Assembly (NCBI GenBank): GCA_045837725.1
Contig: JBEWZL010000244.1
Location: 1 to 64,000 of the forward strand
Direction of reading: 5' to 3'
DNA length: 64,000 nt
Source of the DNA: Vermamoeba vermiformis
Lineage: Eukaryota
In this document: positions 10,376-24,313 of the stretch, in pieces
Position numbering within the stretch: the first letter of the stretch is position 1
Layout of the letters: each line of letters opens with the position of its first letter
Program-made: the position numbers and the translations under genes
Notes under the pieces: model-generated
Databases searched by the model: none
Told to the model about the DNA's origin: nothing
Seen by the model: the letters and a program-made list of their open reading frames with translations, nothing else

Positions 10376-13300
10376 GACTGATGAAAATAAAGCGCTGGAC
10401 GCCCGAAAGAAAGAGAAAAAAGAGGCAAAAAGCTGCGGCTAAAGCAGCGCGAATAGCAAAAGCGAAACAAAAGGAGAATAAAGGGGATATTATAATCGAA
10501 GTAAGACTAAACCTGTTTAGACAAATCGGGTGCGCCGATAATTATTTTAATTTTTAATTTGATCCAAGTTGAATACAACAATAATAACGATTATTTCGGT
10601 CAATTTAAAAAATGTAAATATATAAGAATATTTGGTTACAAGTAAGTCATCAGTTCCTGTTGTTGTAGCTAGCTACAACAAAATACAATTAATTTTGATT
10701 TCATATAAAAATATTTGACGCGAATTATAAGCGATAACGCGCGAGCGCTAATATAGTAACATAAACGAGCCACCAGCAAAATTATTCGGTTTACTTAATT
10801 TTCGATCTGATCAGAAACCGAAGAAAATTCGTCTCAAAAAATCTTACGTAAACCCGACACCCAAGGGCGAGAAAAAAGGTATTAAAATAACAATTATTGG
10901 TGACCAACTGACATACCTATGCAGATCTAAGTAATGACGAAGCATTCTTGCATGCAGACTCTGCCTATGACCCCTCTACGGTAGAAGCAGCGTGGTACGA
11001 TTGGTGGGACGCACAAGGTTACTTCAAACCTGAATATAACACTGACCCGAACGCTGAAAAATTTGTCATTGTGATACCGCCACCGAACGTGACAGGTAAC
11101 GTGCAGCACTTAAGGGACCATATATAGGCAATAATATTAACGCTACATATTCCAGGATCGCTTCACTTGGGTCACGCCCTGACGAACTCAATTCAAGATG
11201 CGGTGGTACGGTGGCAACGCATGAACGGCAAGAAAGTGCTTTGGTTGCCTGGCACCGATCACGCGGGCATTGCGACACAAACCGCAGTAGAGAAGCGACT
11301 TCGAAAAGATGGGCTCACTCGTCATGATTTGGGCAGAGAGAAGTTCTTAGAGAAAGTCTGGGACTGGAAAAATGAATACGGAGGACGCATCTTGCATCAA
11401 TTACGCCGGCTGGGCAGTTCGTTAGACTGGTCACGCGAAGTGTTCACTATGGACGACAAGATGTCACGTGCTGTGAATGAGGCCTTTGTGCGCTTGTACG
11501 ATATGGGTCTGATCTACCGTGCCAACAGACTCGTGAACTGGTGCTGTGAACTCAAAACAGCCATCTCTGATATTGAAGTAGACGTTGAAGACTGGAGAGG
11601 GGAGGGGCCGGGCGAGAGAGTTGGACCATCTAAGACTACTATCAAGTAGAAGACAGTGAAGAATTGCTCGAGATTGCAACGACACGGCCTGAAACCATTC
11701 TCGGTGACACTGCTGTGGCTGTGCACCCCGATGACCCGAGATATAAGCACTTACATGGCAAGTATCTCGTGCATCCCTTCTCCGCCCGTCGTATTCCAAT
11801 CATCACAGACCCCATCTTAGTGGATATGGAGTACGAGACTGGTGTAGTGAAAGTGACTCCAGCCCATGATTTCAACGACTTTGAGTGCGGCAAACGTCAC
11901 AACTTGCCAATGATCAATATTCTCGATGAAAGTGGTCGTATCAATGAGAACGGTGGCGAGTTCAAAGGAATGAAAAGATTTGAAGCACGAGATGCAATCA
12001 TTGCAGCACTCAAGAATTTGGAACTTTTCAAAGGCTCGCTGCAAAAGAAAATGGTGCTCAAGACTTGTAGTCGCAGCGGCGATATCATCGAACCACTTTT
12101 AAAACCTCAGTGGTGGATGGACTGCAAATCAACAGCACATCGTGTGGGAGAAGCCGTGACGAGCAAACAACTCGAGATCTTGCCTAAGCGCTACGCTAAA
12201 ACATGGCATGAATGGTTGCGCGATATTAGAGACTGGTGCATTAGTCGTCAACTGTGGTGGGGTCATCGCATCCCTGCTTGGCTCGTCACTCTGCACGGCC
12301 AACCTACTGACAATACTGACCCTAATCTCTGGATCGTGGCGCGCTCTGAGAATGAAGCACGTGCCAAGGCCGAAGCGAAGTTTGGCAAAGATAAGGTGGC
12401 TAGTCTCGAGCAAGATCCAGATGTACTGGACACGTGGTTTAGTGCTGGTTTGTTCCCATTTAGCGCGTTTGGCTGGCCTGACAATACGCCAGATTTGCAG
12501 CAGTATTATCCCTCGCAGTTGTTAGAGACTGGCAAGGACATCCTCTTCTTTTGGGTGATGCGCATGGTGACAATGGGACTAACCTTGACCGATCAACTGC
12601 CATTCAAACAAGTGTTTCTGCACCCGATTGTGCGTGATGCACACGGCGAAAAGATGGCCAAACTCAAGGGCAACGTGATCGACCCTATTGACGTGATTGA
12701 AGGCATCACTTTGGAGCAACTGCACGCTGGCCTCTACAAGGGAAATCTCGACCCACGTGACATTGAATCTGCGCTGAAATTACAAAAAGAAGACTTCCCG
12801 AACGGTATCAGCGAGTGCGGCACTGACGCGCTGAGATTTGCTCTGTGCACGTACATTGGAGGTCAAGGCAACGACATTAATTTTGACCTCAACCGTGTGG
12901 TGATATATCGTAACTTCTGCAACAAGCTGTGGAACGCCACTAAACTTGCACTCAAATTCATGGGCACTGATTTTATGCCGACGGATTACAGCGAGACCAA
13001 ACGTACTGGTCACGAGACGGAGTGGGACAAGTGGATCTTGGGTCGATTGCAGTGTGCTATTGAAGGTGCCAACAAAGGCTTCAAGAAGTATGAATTAAGT
13101 AACTCGACACAAGCGATTTACAGCTTCTGGCTCTACGACTTTTGTGATGTGTACTTGGAGGCCATCAAGCCACTCATGGCCGCAAACTCGCCTCTATCAA
13201 GTGAGTCACGTGACGCGATCAAACATACTCTGTAAGTATCCTTTCCTTTTTGGGCAATAACTGAACGATATATTGATGCTTTAAATAGCTTCACGTGCTT

Positions 13301-13964
13301 GGAAGTGGGTTTTAGATTGTTGCATCCGTACATGCCATTTTTGACCGAAGAACTTTGGCAACGCTTGACACGCAAGTCACGTGATCAATTTGCACCTTCG
13401 CTTTGTGTGGCCAAATATCCGCATCTTATTGGTGAACATTCAATGAAACTTGAAGAGGAGATTGAGCACGTGAAGCAGATTGTGCATGGAGTGCGTACAA
13501 TCCGTCAAATGTACCACTTGACCGGCAAAGACAAACCTCCTCTCGTGATTAACTCGCACAGCGCTGACATCAAGGACGTGTTGTCAAGTCACGTGTTCAT
13601 ATTAGCAATTCAGTCCTTGGCTCGTGTGAGCGACATTACTGTCACCTTAAACGACTCACAGGCGCCGCTTGGTGCTGCTTCAGCCATTATCAACAGTAGC
13701 ACGGAGATATACTTGGTGATTAAGGGCTTGGTGGATGTAGACACGGAGATTGACAAACTCAACAAGAAGATCCAAAATCTCGAAATTCAGATAATTGCGC
13801 TCAAGAAACAACGTGCAGATCCGAACTGGGAGACTAAGACCCCTGCCGAAGTGAAGGAATCTTTGCAGACGAAACTCGAAGCCATTGACAGCGAGCTTGC
13901 CATCGCCCGTGCTGCTGCTGCGAATTTCGAAAAATTGAACCTCGAATACAGTTGTAAATCTTGA
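10376..13964 (+). CDS. VARS: Valyl-tRNA synthetase (eukaryotic type) with two reading-frame disruptions; pseudogene or assembly error
   Basis: [52 protein letters not shown] and a C-terminal coiled coil. Frameshifts near 10430 and 11593-11640. Confidence 0.9.
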
Positions 13965-14112
13965 TTTAAAATAATATATCTGCAAATAGTACTAGTGTTC
14001 CGTAATTTTGTGGACCAAAATTGGAATTCTCGCTAGTCCACAATTTGTCGTAGATTTATTTGCGTCTGAAAAAAATTTGTCATTTTTAAATTCAATTCGA
14101 CAAGAACACAAC

Positions 14113-14313
14113 ATGAGCGCGCAGCCCCCAGCAACAGTAGTACAAGAACGAGAAGGATACAGACCACCCTTCGACTACACTAGATTATGGCCTGAATCAG
14201 AAGAGGATCTGGCATATTACGAAAGAACGTGCAAACCAACGGGTCACAAGTTCGGAGGCGCGTGGGATCGTGAATTACAAGAATTCAAAAGGCAAGAAGG
14301 CTTTTATAAATGA
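14113..14313 (+). CDS. Small hypothetical protein (66 aa)
   Basis: ATG after an A-rich leader, protein-like composition, sits between two genes. No recognised domain. Confidence 0.4.
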   Translation: MSAQPPATVVQEREGYRPPFDYTRLWPESEEDLAYYERTCKPTGHKFGGAWDRELQEFKRQEGFYK

Positions 14314-14603
14314 AAAAAGAGTTAAGGATGTTCATTCGGTTAAGCGTAGACGGGTTCTTACTTGTTTGCCATAATAAATAATAGTATTTAATTATTTTTC
14401 AATTCGTTTCGTTGCTATGGACTATATGTGCGTTTCCAATTTCGGTCTGGCTGCTCTTCCACGCTTGGGAGGCTACTAATTGAGTCCTAAGCCTTTTAGC
14501 ATAGTTTAATTTTTCGTGTTCAGCGATCAGACCGTTTGTGGAACTTCTCATATATTTTGTGTGTTACCTGCAAATTAAAATAGTCGATTTTTTTTGCATC
14601 CGG

Positions 14604-16435
14604 ATGAACGACCACACAGCAAGTAATTTTGTCTTCGTCATACTTTATACTAATATTTTAGTCGTTAGAACTATTTGCACGAGGAGCTAGTGCAGCTGAT
14701 AGCCAGTTATCTGGATGACGTGGGTCCCATCCGCGCTGTCTGTGCAACATGGTGCCGATGGGTCAAAAGAATATTTTTTAAATTAAATATTGTGCCCAGC
14801 GATAATATTACGAATATTATTGAACGATTAAAACAGCATCCAGGACCGTTAAAAATTCAATTCAACAAAACAAATCCTCTCTTGGCTTTAAAAATATGCA
14901 ACGCAGGTCTACATACTGTTAGCTCACTTAGACAATTAATTGTGGATTTTAAATGGCAAGATCCGTTCATTGTAGAAGATCCTAATGCAACTCCTCCCCT
15001 CAATGTTTTCCTCCGTTATTCCGAGCTAAACTACTCAACTCTTGCAAATTTTACCCAATTAGAATATCTTTCAGCTCCACAACTATCTTCAGCAGTTATT
15101 CTTCAATTACCAAATCTGACTTCGCTACATCTGACCAACTCTGGCACCTTCGAGATATCAACGCTATTAAAATTGACCAAACTACGAGAATTATCATTAG
15201 AGTCATGCCAAGAACTTACTATAGGCCCTGGAGAAATTCCAACAAATACAAATTTGACCCGATTAAAAGTGGCGCGAACAACGGTGCTAGATCCGTCATT
15301 CCTTAATCAACTAGTCAATTTGAAAGACCTCCATCTTCATTATTTCAATATGACCTCACCGTATTATTTCATCGTTCCAATGACTTCACTCTAATCTCTT
15401 ACTTTGAATGGCTGGTCGGAGCCTGTAGCCGTTGCCAGCATTGCGTTGAACACTAATTTGACGCGCATTGAAATTTCAGGAGGTTTTGCAATAGAAAACT
15501 ATGCGGACAATAATTATTTGGACGAGTGGAGCAGACTGACTAAATTGGAGATACTTAAATTAACTCATTTTGGCTTATATAATTCTGTTCCAGCGGAAAA
15601 ATGCCATTTTTTGACCAATTTGACGTTATTACAAGAATTTCACGCTATAGCTGCCATAGACCAAGTAGCAGATCTGATCCAATATTTGCAGCCTAACCGA
15701 TTGACCTGCTTGGTTCTCGGACAGAACGAAAATCAGATGACGGAAGAAGACTTGACCCAGCGTGAAGGCAAAGTGTCAATATCACACTTATGCAACCTTC
15801 AATCGCTACAAGTGCGATGGATCCAACCCAAAATAACCGATCTTGGACACTTAACTCAATTGACGTCGCTAGATTTCTGGAATATTAATCAAATTTCTCC
15901 GAAGGATTTCATTACGGACTTAACTTCGCTAAAGAACTTGCAAGTGGAATTATATGCATTTCCGTTCAATTGGAAAAGGCTAAGGAATTTGACTAATTTG
16001 GAAACTATTAATGTCCAAACAATGGAACACTCAAATATTCACGTCATCTCGACACTAACGAAACTGCATCAATTGCAAATACAAGAAGATGAATGTGGCA
16101 GATATCTAGGTCCATTGTCAAACTTAACGCGCCTGAAAATTAGAACGTGCGCTGGATCCGAAGAATTCAGGCAATACATCCCAGGACTGACCAACTTGCG
16201 CGAGTTGTACTTGGAACATCACGACCCATCAGTACTCGAAACTTTGACGGCCCTGCAGCACTTAACGTACTTGTACTCGTCGGGTGGTCATCTCGCCACG
16301 TGGGAGTGGTACAGCGCATTGACACAGCTTCGTGTTTTAAGACCGTCAAATACACTCATCAACGATGATGAACTCATTGACATTGCTGAATGGAGCAATA
16401 ATTTATCTTATTTAGTAGCGTTGATTCATCATTAG
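14604..16435 (+). pseudogene. F-box-like + leucine-rich-repeat protein with one in-frame TAA
   Basis: LHEELVQLIASYL..RAVCATW followed by many LTxLxxLxL repeats. ORFs 14675-15394 and 15404-16435 share one frame, split by a TAA at 15392. Confidence 0.7.
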
Positions 16436-16656
16436 CAGTCTGCTTAATGATGAATGGATTGATTGTAAGAGCGACGAAAGAAAAACGGAGTAATTGACGG
16501 CTATTGGTAATCAAGAATTTTGAAGATTTCGATGCAGTAATAACCTCTCGAATAAAAATAAACGAGCGTCATTCGGCAGAAATGTTTATTCAGTACAACA
16601 AGACTCGAATAATCTTCTACAACTGGTTTAGTGCCAGTTCTTTTTCGCCGTCAAAG

Positions 16657-18956
16657 TTAGTTCGCGGACAACGAGCCACCGGCTAATTCAATCATATTAA
16701 TTATTAGTTCAAGATATTGTTGGTTCAACTTTTCACTTACGGATCTGACGGCAAACGAACTTGATGTTGTCGAGATAGACAGTGCTTTGTTGAGCACCAG
16801 AGGCCTAGTAACGAGGTAAGATAGGTGCAAATCGAACTATATTACAAAGTCTTACGTCTTGCCAGGAAATGCCAGTGATGCGTTTGTCGGCTGGAATGTC
16901 AAGCACGGCGAACGGAATTGTAGCGACACGGTAAGTAGAGCGAGATAGTGCGATTGACGACATAATCAATGGGTGGAGTTGAGGCACCGCTGGGAGTACC
17001 GCCAGTGATCCAAAATGAAACATCGATGGCTTGGTTGCCAGGAGCATCACCAGCAATACCGAACTGGATCGCGTTGTAGCTGGCAATCGAAAAGTTTTGA
17101 CCACTTGGACGAGACACCCAGAACGCAGCGTTGTTTGAAGGCACAAAGCTAACTGCATTACCCGACATGCTGTTGGTGCTGGTCAATGAATGAGTGGCCC
17201 AGCTCCTATAAGAAGAATGATTATTGAGTTCGAAGTTGATAGGCAAGGCTAATTTTTTTGTTTTCAAACCGTACCAGTCTTGCCAGCCATTTTGCAATTG
17301 ATCGTCGTAGATAATGTGATCGGCGGCGCTGCATGCGGCTACAATAAAATGTAAGAGCAGTGAAAGTTTGTTGGAAGAACCTACGGATGGTGGGGTAAGT
17401 GAGCGCAACAATCGGGTTTTTCATGTGAGGCTTGATGGCGGTAAGCTTTGAGTTAGGTTTGGGAGGGTAGCCAGTGGGTTCAACAGTCAAAAACGCGCTG
17501 CCAAAACGAGGACCAGCGCCCCAGTATGTCCAGCCCAACCTGACAAAGTAACAGGTCAGTAAGGCCATTAATTTTGAATGAGACGCTGCAACTTACCAGA
17601 CATCACTGTTGGCTTCAAGATAATTCAAGCTATCATTGAACGCTTTAACGCAGTTAGTTTGACCAGATCCACCGAACTCACCCAGGAAACCTCTCTTGTT
17701 GTTGGTCTTGAGCCAGTTAGTGACGACTTGCAAGTGCGATGGGACTTTAGGGACAAGCAATATTTAGCTTAGATATACGTATCTTTATCTCCAAGTGCTC
17801 GGGGAAAATTCCTTGTTTGCACGAGACTTTACACGTACCTGTGGGAGGCGCAACGCATTCCACATGAGTTCCACTAGAGTCAGAATCTGATAGCCGGCAG
17901 TTAGACCACGTGGGTTATTAGATTCAGTACGTTAAATCATTGTGAATTACCAAAATAAGTGTGCAACTCGAAGGCGTAGTTGTTGCCGGAATCAGTAATG
18001 CCCAACATAGCAACAGCGTTGGAGACCTGCGGACTGGCAGTATCATACCAAGTATCAGTCCCACGAGCCCGCGCCGGTCCACCCGTTTCCTAAAAAGGAA
18101 ATTGCAATGAGTCTCGTTAAATTACTGCAATCGTTTACAGTTCTCGAACAGGGACGTACCAGGAACGAGGATCAAGTTAGTCGCACCAGTAGCGCGAATG
18201 GCGGCAATGGCTGCATTAGCGTTGTTTCTCCACGTGCTTTATCAAGTGTCAGAGTGTCAGTTGAAGTGTCAAAAAAAAAATCTTTGTAAAATTTCCGCAA
18301 TGAATATCTTACACAGTTGACATGGTGTTGGGCTCGTTCATAATCCCGAAGATCTTCCCGTATAATCAGTAAACGATTATTCCATATTCGCTAAGATTTA
18401 CTTACGACGCGCGAGTTGCTCTTGTACTGGTTAGCCAACTTGGTCCACAAATCCGCCAAAGAAGAGGCAGTAGCGATATTACCGTTGTAACGAGCGTAGC
18501 TATAGATGTCGGAATATTAATATAGTGTTGGAGAGAAGTATTTTTTGGCGCTTACTTATGCGGATCGATAATGACTGACAATTGCTTGGTATTTGTAATG
18601 TAATTTACAAGATTTGTGTATCTATTCAAGAAGGCCTGGTTAAGAGCACCTCCAAGAGTAGGTTGCATAAGTTCCCAAGCGAAAGGCAAGCGGAAAATGT
18701 TCATGCCGCGGGAGATGAAGTAGTCGATCTCGTAAGTGTTCGGCCAGAAAGGTCCAGAAGTGGCACCAGCTTGTATATATAATGTTAGTATGGACTATAA
18801 TAAGTAATTTTGCAATTGCTTACTCCATTCGGGGCCAGTTAAGTTGACTCCAGTGTAGCGCAAAGTAGAAGCACCCGTTGCTACTGCTATGAGGCAGAAC
18901 ACAACTGCAGCACAATGTAAGATGTTCAATCGTACGGTAGTATTAGAACTACGCAT
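16657..18956 (-). CDS. Secreted GH5 endoglucanase with a C-terminal putative carbohydrate-binding domain
   Basis: Signal peptide, then GVNL, GMNIFRLPFAWE, IIDPH|NYARY, IMNEP (acid/base), FELHTY, GFLGEFG (nucleophile) and WTYWGAG. Accessory domain starts IIYDDQLQNGWQDW. Confidence 0.9.
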
Positions 18957-19577
18957 ATTTGTGTTGGTTTAACGAGCAATTTAGAACGAATGATTTGTTT
19001 CTGCAACAGATCGGCTTTTATCGCCAATTTCAGCACGTTAGAAATTCTACGGCCGGAAATTTGCCTATAGCGCACATTTTAGCGTGCATTTAAGATCATT
19101 CTAGAACGAAACAAATGTCTTCGCAATGTGTGGTGACGTTTGTGAACAAAAAATATTTGAAACGATATTTTGAAAACAGATATTATTATACCAAAATCAA
19201 GCTTTGTGATTTTAAAGAAGCTTCACAATACTAATTATATTAATTATGAGCGTTTGCAAACCGCACATTGCCACCAACTTACCGGATTAAATCCGATCAG
19301 TTTTCATTATTGTTTGTTTGCGATCCTTTGAATTGAAAGCGCTAAGCGGGCCGTATATAACTGAAATATATAGATCTTGAGCATATTTCTTTTGTTGCAC
19401 TCTGGTTATTATTCGAGTTTACAAATTTCTTTCCCATTTTTTTTGTTTTGCTAGCGAATTAGAGCAGAATAGAATGGCCCACGCCAGAATATTTCTTCCT
19501 GTACTCCAGGGCACACGTGCTCTCAAAATCAGGAATAAATACTCTTCGGGTACGCTCAAAGCCATCCAGAAAAACAG

Positions 19578-20862
19578 ATGAATAACAACAAAGCAACCAA
19601 ACGCCAAAAAATTAGTTTAAAACTGCTTTTATGTAAAACAATAAGATATGGCACCGTGCAGGACGTCCAAAGGTTCAGATGGTTTAGCGACAGTATCGAA
19701 AATAATAATAATGCCAACAAAAAGGGAAAATCAAAGCCTGTAAGTTTATTTTTAATTATAACGTATAATACTATTATTCATACTAATATTAATCACCAAT
19801 AATATAATTCAAGCCCGTAGAATCAAATAATCTAATTTAATTGGTATTACAGAATGAAGAACCGCTGTTCGTTGTAATGGAGAAACAAGACGCTAAAATG
19901 TATCACGAAGTATTTAAATTCAATTTGGATCTGGATTGTCGAGTGGGAACGCATAGCATGGTGAGTCCCCTATCATTATCTCTTCACCTATTGTTATTTA
20001 GCTCTAATAATTTACCATAGACTGCGCTTCATTATGCCGTTGAAACTGGAAATACGCTAGCTGTCGCAATGTTTCTTTATTACGGACTGGATCCGGACGC
20101 GTTAACAACTGATGTAAGCTCCGCTAAGGTTACATATGCTTAGATTGCATATAATGATACTAATTTAGTTACTTTTCGTAGAATAACGTGCCCGTTAAGC
20201 TAGCTACGAGCAGAAATATGAGGAACGTGTTCAGCGATTTCAAACAGATGGCCAGAGCCAACTTTGCGAAGAAATACAAGTTGAAAATACCCCGACAGAC
20301 CTCCACGAGCAAACCATTTCCTTTTTTGGCTCTACCGCCTGAAATTCAAGAGCAGATCTGGCAATGCGTTTCGTTAGTTAACTTATGGAACTTTCAATTC
20401 GTCAGCAAAGAATGGCGCGAGTATTTTCAGCGAAAAACAAACGCAAATTCATTAGCCAATAATCTATTCCCTCGCGGACAATTAAGCCCGTACACTGCAA
20501 TTAGCTATTATCCTACGGAGTATCATTTCTCTTTTGCGAATCGGCTTTGCGATTTAACCAAGGATGGTCACGTGGATCTTTCGCAAATAATTGATAAAAT
20601 TGTGCGAGAAAACAAGAAAGATGGAAGGAAGCTGAGTCCTCAGATAAAAGCTATTATAAAATTGTTGCAGGATAAGAGTGGATCCAGCAGCGATTTTAAA
20701 GAAAAAATATTTACTGCCAAGAGCCTTGAGCAACAACGCTGTTACTATATTCAAAAATCCACGTATTTTGGCATTGCGATTGAAGTGCCTGAAACTCCTA
20801 TCCTTCGCAAGCTCGAACAAATCAAACTTATGCGATACATAAAACAATTTGCGCAGCAGTAA
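19578..20862 (+). CDS. Ankyrin repeat + F-box protein
   Basis: Exon TALHYAVETGNTLAVAMFLYYGLDPD is ankyrin-like. FPFLALPPEIQEQIWQCV...VSKEWR is an F-box. Confidence 0.7.
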
Positions 20863-21001
20863 CTTATTAACAACAAAAAATTACTTTGGTTAGTATTTAA
20901 TTTAAAAAGAAAATATTTCGTCGATCCAGCCAGTTCAAAAGCAATGGTGCTTTGAATGGATATATACAGTTTATTAATAAATACAATCTTTTAACTCGTA
21001 C

Positions 21002-23421
21002 TTAAAAGAATTTGTTGGTTTTGACCCATTCACCCTTCGCGATCGAAGGCAACAAGTGCTTTGGTGTGTCGAACGCATCCACCAACAAAGGTGCGTGAGG
21101 TCTAGTACGTATGATTAATAAGCTATCAATTATCGTAATGGACTATTATATATATTCGTACCGAATTTCCTTGCATAATTGACTGACTTGGGTTCGGATC
21201 GCAGCAGCTTTTCTTGGAGCGAAATAACCTTCCTCTAAGAAGAATCCTGAATCTCCTTCCATAGTAGATAAAGCGAACAATTGAATAACTTTTCTTAACA
21301 GGTCCTTGCTAAACGAGTTCAACATCTCTTCGCCTTCTTTTTCCAAGTGCTCGTAGAACAATTTCAAACAAACGTTCTCAACGTGAGCAAATGCAGCGTG
21401 ATTAATTTCAACTACAGAATCGTTCCAAGCTTCCCAGAAACTCTTTCCGCCCTTCATTTTGCTGAAATGTACCGGATCAGTATAACTCGTAAGAAATTCT
21501 GAGAAATATTCGATACTTACCCTCTCAAAGTAAGAGCCAAATTCTTAACCGATCGCTTTTCTCGGAAATGGAATGCTTGCAAGTGGAAGTCCTGAGACAA
21601 GATGTGTTCTTCTTCGGCCATTCTCTTACGCACGGAGTTGCTTTCCATAGCGTAATAAACTTCGTCCTTGTAATAGTCGAAAACTCCTTGGAAGAACTTG
21701 CCCTTCGAGAACTGTGCTTGAAAATCTTTCAACAATGAAGCAGCGACTTGTTGTAACAAAACAGTGTTGTCTCCTTCGTACGTAGTGAAGATATCGCACG
21801 ACTGCTTCAACGAGCCCAATCTGTTGTCAGATTTAAAGCCTTGGCCACCACAGCATTCTCGCGCCATATTAAGCACGTTCTAGAATAGGAAGTTAGCTCA
21901 ATTACGAAATTTCGATGTTAAGAATTAATATACTGACCATACAATTCCAAGTTGTGAGTGCCTTCATTCCAGCGGCCACAATATGCAACTGAAACATTAT
22001 ATTTAATCAAATGAACAAAAGATCGCGTGTACCCGACACTTACGTGCTTGGTATCGGTCGTATGGGCCAACAAACTGCGGACATATCGCTATCCTCAGGG
22101 AGAGGTAGTTTGAAAGGGTTTTTTGTTTTTGTTTTTTTTTGGTTTTTTTTTTTTTTGGTTTATCCTTGGCACACGAACGTTGTCGAAGAAAATTCTTCCG
22201 TTGTCAACTCCGTTCAATCCTTGCTTGTGGCCACAGTCCTCAACATAGACTCCCTAAGATAATTTCATGTCAGCTACTTTTCGACATTAAATCTCAGCTT
22301 TGAAACTTTGTACGGACCTTTTGAAGCACTCCTTTGTCGTCTCTCATGCGCACCAAGAATGCATGAACACCATAGCTCTTATCATTAATTTGCAACTGTG
22401 CGAACACAACTCCATAATGGGCGACCACTACAGAAGTGATTTTTACGTTAGAACACGTGTAACATTTGCAAAGCTTGATTTTCCAACACTTACTAGCATT
22501 GCCCATCCAATATTTTTGTGCCAGTAAGTTAGGTGTGTTGATGACAAATTCACCGGATCTCGTGTCATACTGCGCTGTCGTTGTGATTTCTCGGGCATTC
22601 GAACTTTCCCAAATATTAGACATTATTATATTATGTGATGTTAGTAGGACATACCCGTGACCTAATTCAGTCAAGGCAAAGCACACGAGTGTCTCGAAAG
22701 TGTTCATCTTTGGGATCAGCTTGTGGTGCTTCTCGGTACCTGCAAGGGTTAGCCTCCGAGTGTTTCAATAATAACCTCTACTACTTACCTAACTTCAAAA
22801 TTGCAGTACCGCATAGTACCCACTGAAAAATAAGAATTAAATTGAGATCACACGAGATCACGATACTTGTCGACACTTACTTGAACTCCGAACTTGGTAC
22901 CAATACTCGGGTCAACGAGTGACAATGCCTTTCCAACGGAAATTAATGGATTAGGGTCCCTACGCGAAATTTTGTTAATTATTTTGACCGTTGTTCATCT
23001 GGAATTCACAAATCGAAACGGCATCCAGGATAAGTTCAACTTACGTTGCTAAATCTTCTATCTTCGAAATGTTGTTATCCACCAAAAATTTGGCGACCAC
23101 AATGCACTGCTTCAAAACGAGATCGCGCTCTTTTTCCAAATCTAAGCCGTACTGCATTTTCAGAAACGGTTCATTCTTTACGAAGTCGTAAAATCGATTG
23201 ACGAGGTCAACATTGTCGCTAGATAAATGCTTGAGGAAATTTTTCATGCCTGGCAAGGGATCTTCCTCTTTGGCCCTTGTCGGATTGATCTTTATATCTC
23301 CTCGTTCATTTTCTACGATAAGAAATTTGAGTTTGCCGTACCTAAAATTAATTATTTAGAATTTATACATACTTGGCGCGATGCCAACTAGGTGACCGGT
23401 AATGACTCGGATTCGTTCCAT
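21002..23421 (-). CDS. ACOX: Peroxisomal acyl-CoA oxidase with a PTS2 signal; an internal segment is missing near 22100-22165
   Basis: N-terminal [49 protein letters not shown] and TYEGDNTVL. Confidence 0.9.
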
Positions 23422-24313
23422 GTTATTTTAGTTGTACGCGACTAGTATGGTTATGTTTACAAAAAGAAAATTAAAATAAATTGGTTCGTAAACAAATCCC
23501 TGTCGACCGGTCGTTGGGAATGTCGTCTGCGCCAAGTGTACGGCTCGGTTGAGTTTTCCGTTTCCTTTTTAAGAAAATTTCTCCAACTTTCAACTCAATT
23601 TCGAACGGAGACGGACACCATGGTACCACGGCAAGCACCATTATTATAAAATATGTCCCAATTTGACTAAATGCAAAGACAATTTTTTGCGGCTTCGATC
23701 GAATCTGCGCAATTTCCCCATTCGTTCTGTTCTGACTACAGCACGTACAATAAAAATAAATCCATAATTATAACAAAAATAAGATAATTTGATTTTAGGA
23801 CGGTTTCTCAGGTTCTTTCGTACATGCAATCAAAAGCAACGAATTATAATTATTGAATCATAACTGCTATTATACTTATCTAATTATGGAACTTACTTTT
23901 GATAAATTGGCGGCTGACAATTCAAAGGAGACCAAAGCTAGCTTCAGTTTTGATTGCGGCAATTTTTGCCAGTGCTTCAAGCAGACTCTAGAGTCTAAAG
24001 ACCACATTGCTTTAACGGTAATTAACTCGAATATTGACGGTCGTTATCGTGCATCTGGATTGGAGTCGATCGAAGATGGAATTGTGCTTTCAAATCACGA
24101 TTATCGGCTTCTCTCGGTACCCTATGGTAAGCAGAACATATTTCTAGAAGTTCACAAGTGTTCTGAGCGGTGCTTGATTGCCTTTAGTTCTAGATGATTC
24201 GACGGGTGCGCTTTTTGCGTGGCCGATTTTCTGTGGCCGTGAAAAATCAAGGCAAAAATACCAATTTTGAGCTCAGACAAATCATTGCTGCAGAACTTTA
24301 TACATAAAACAAC

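Noticed and set aside
15392-15394. Alternative genetic code (TAA=Gln)
   Set aside because: TAA is the true stop of 6PGD, the biotin ligase, both kinases and both CAAX proteins. Only one in-frame case was seen.
23853-24197. 114-aa ORF between ACOX and 6PGD
   Set aside because: It has no recognisable motif and lies in a divergent promoter region, so I cannot support it.
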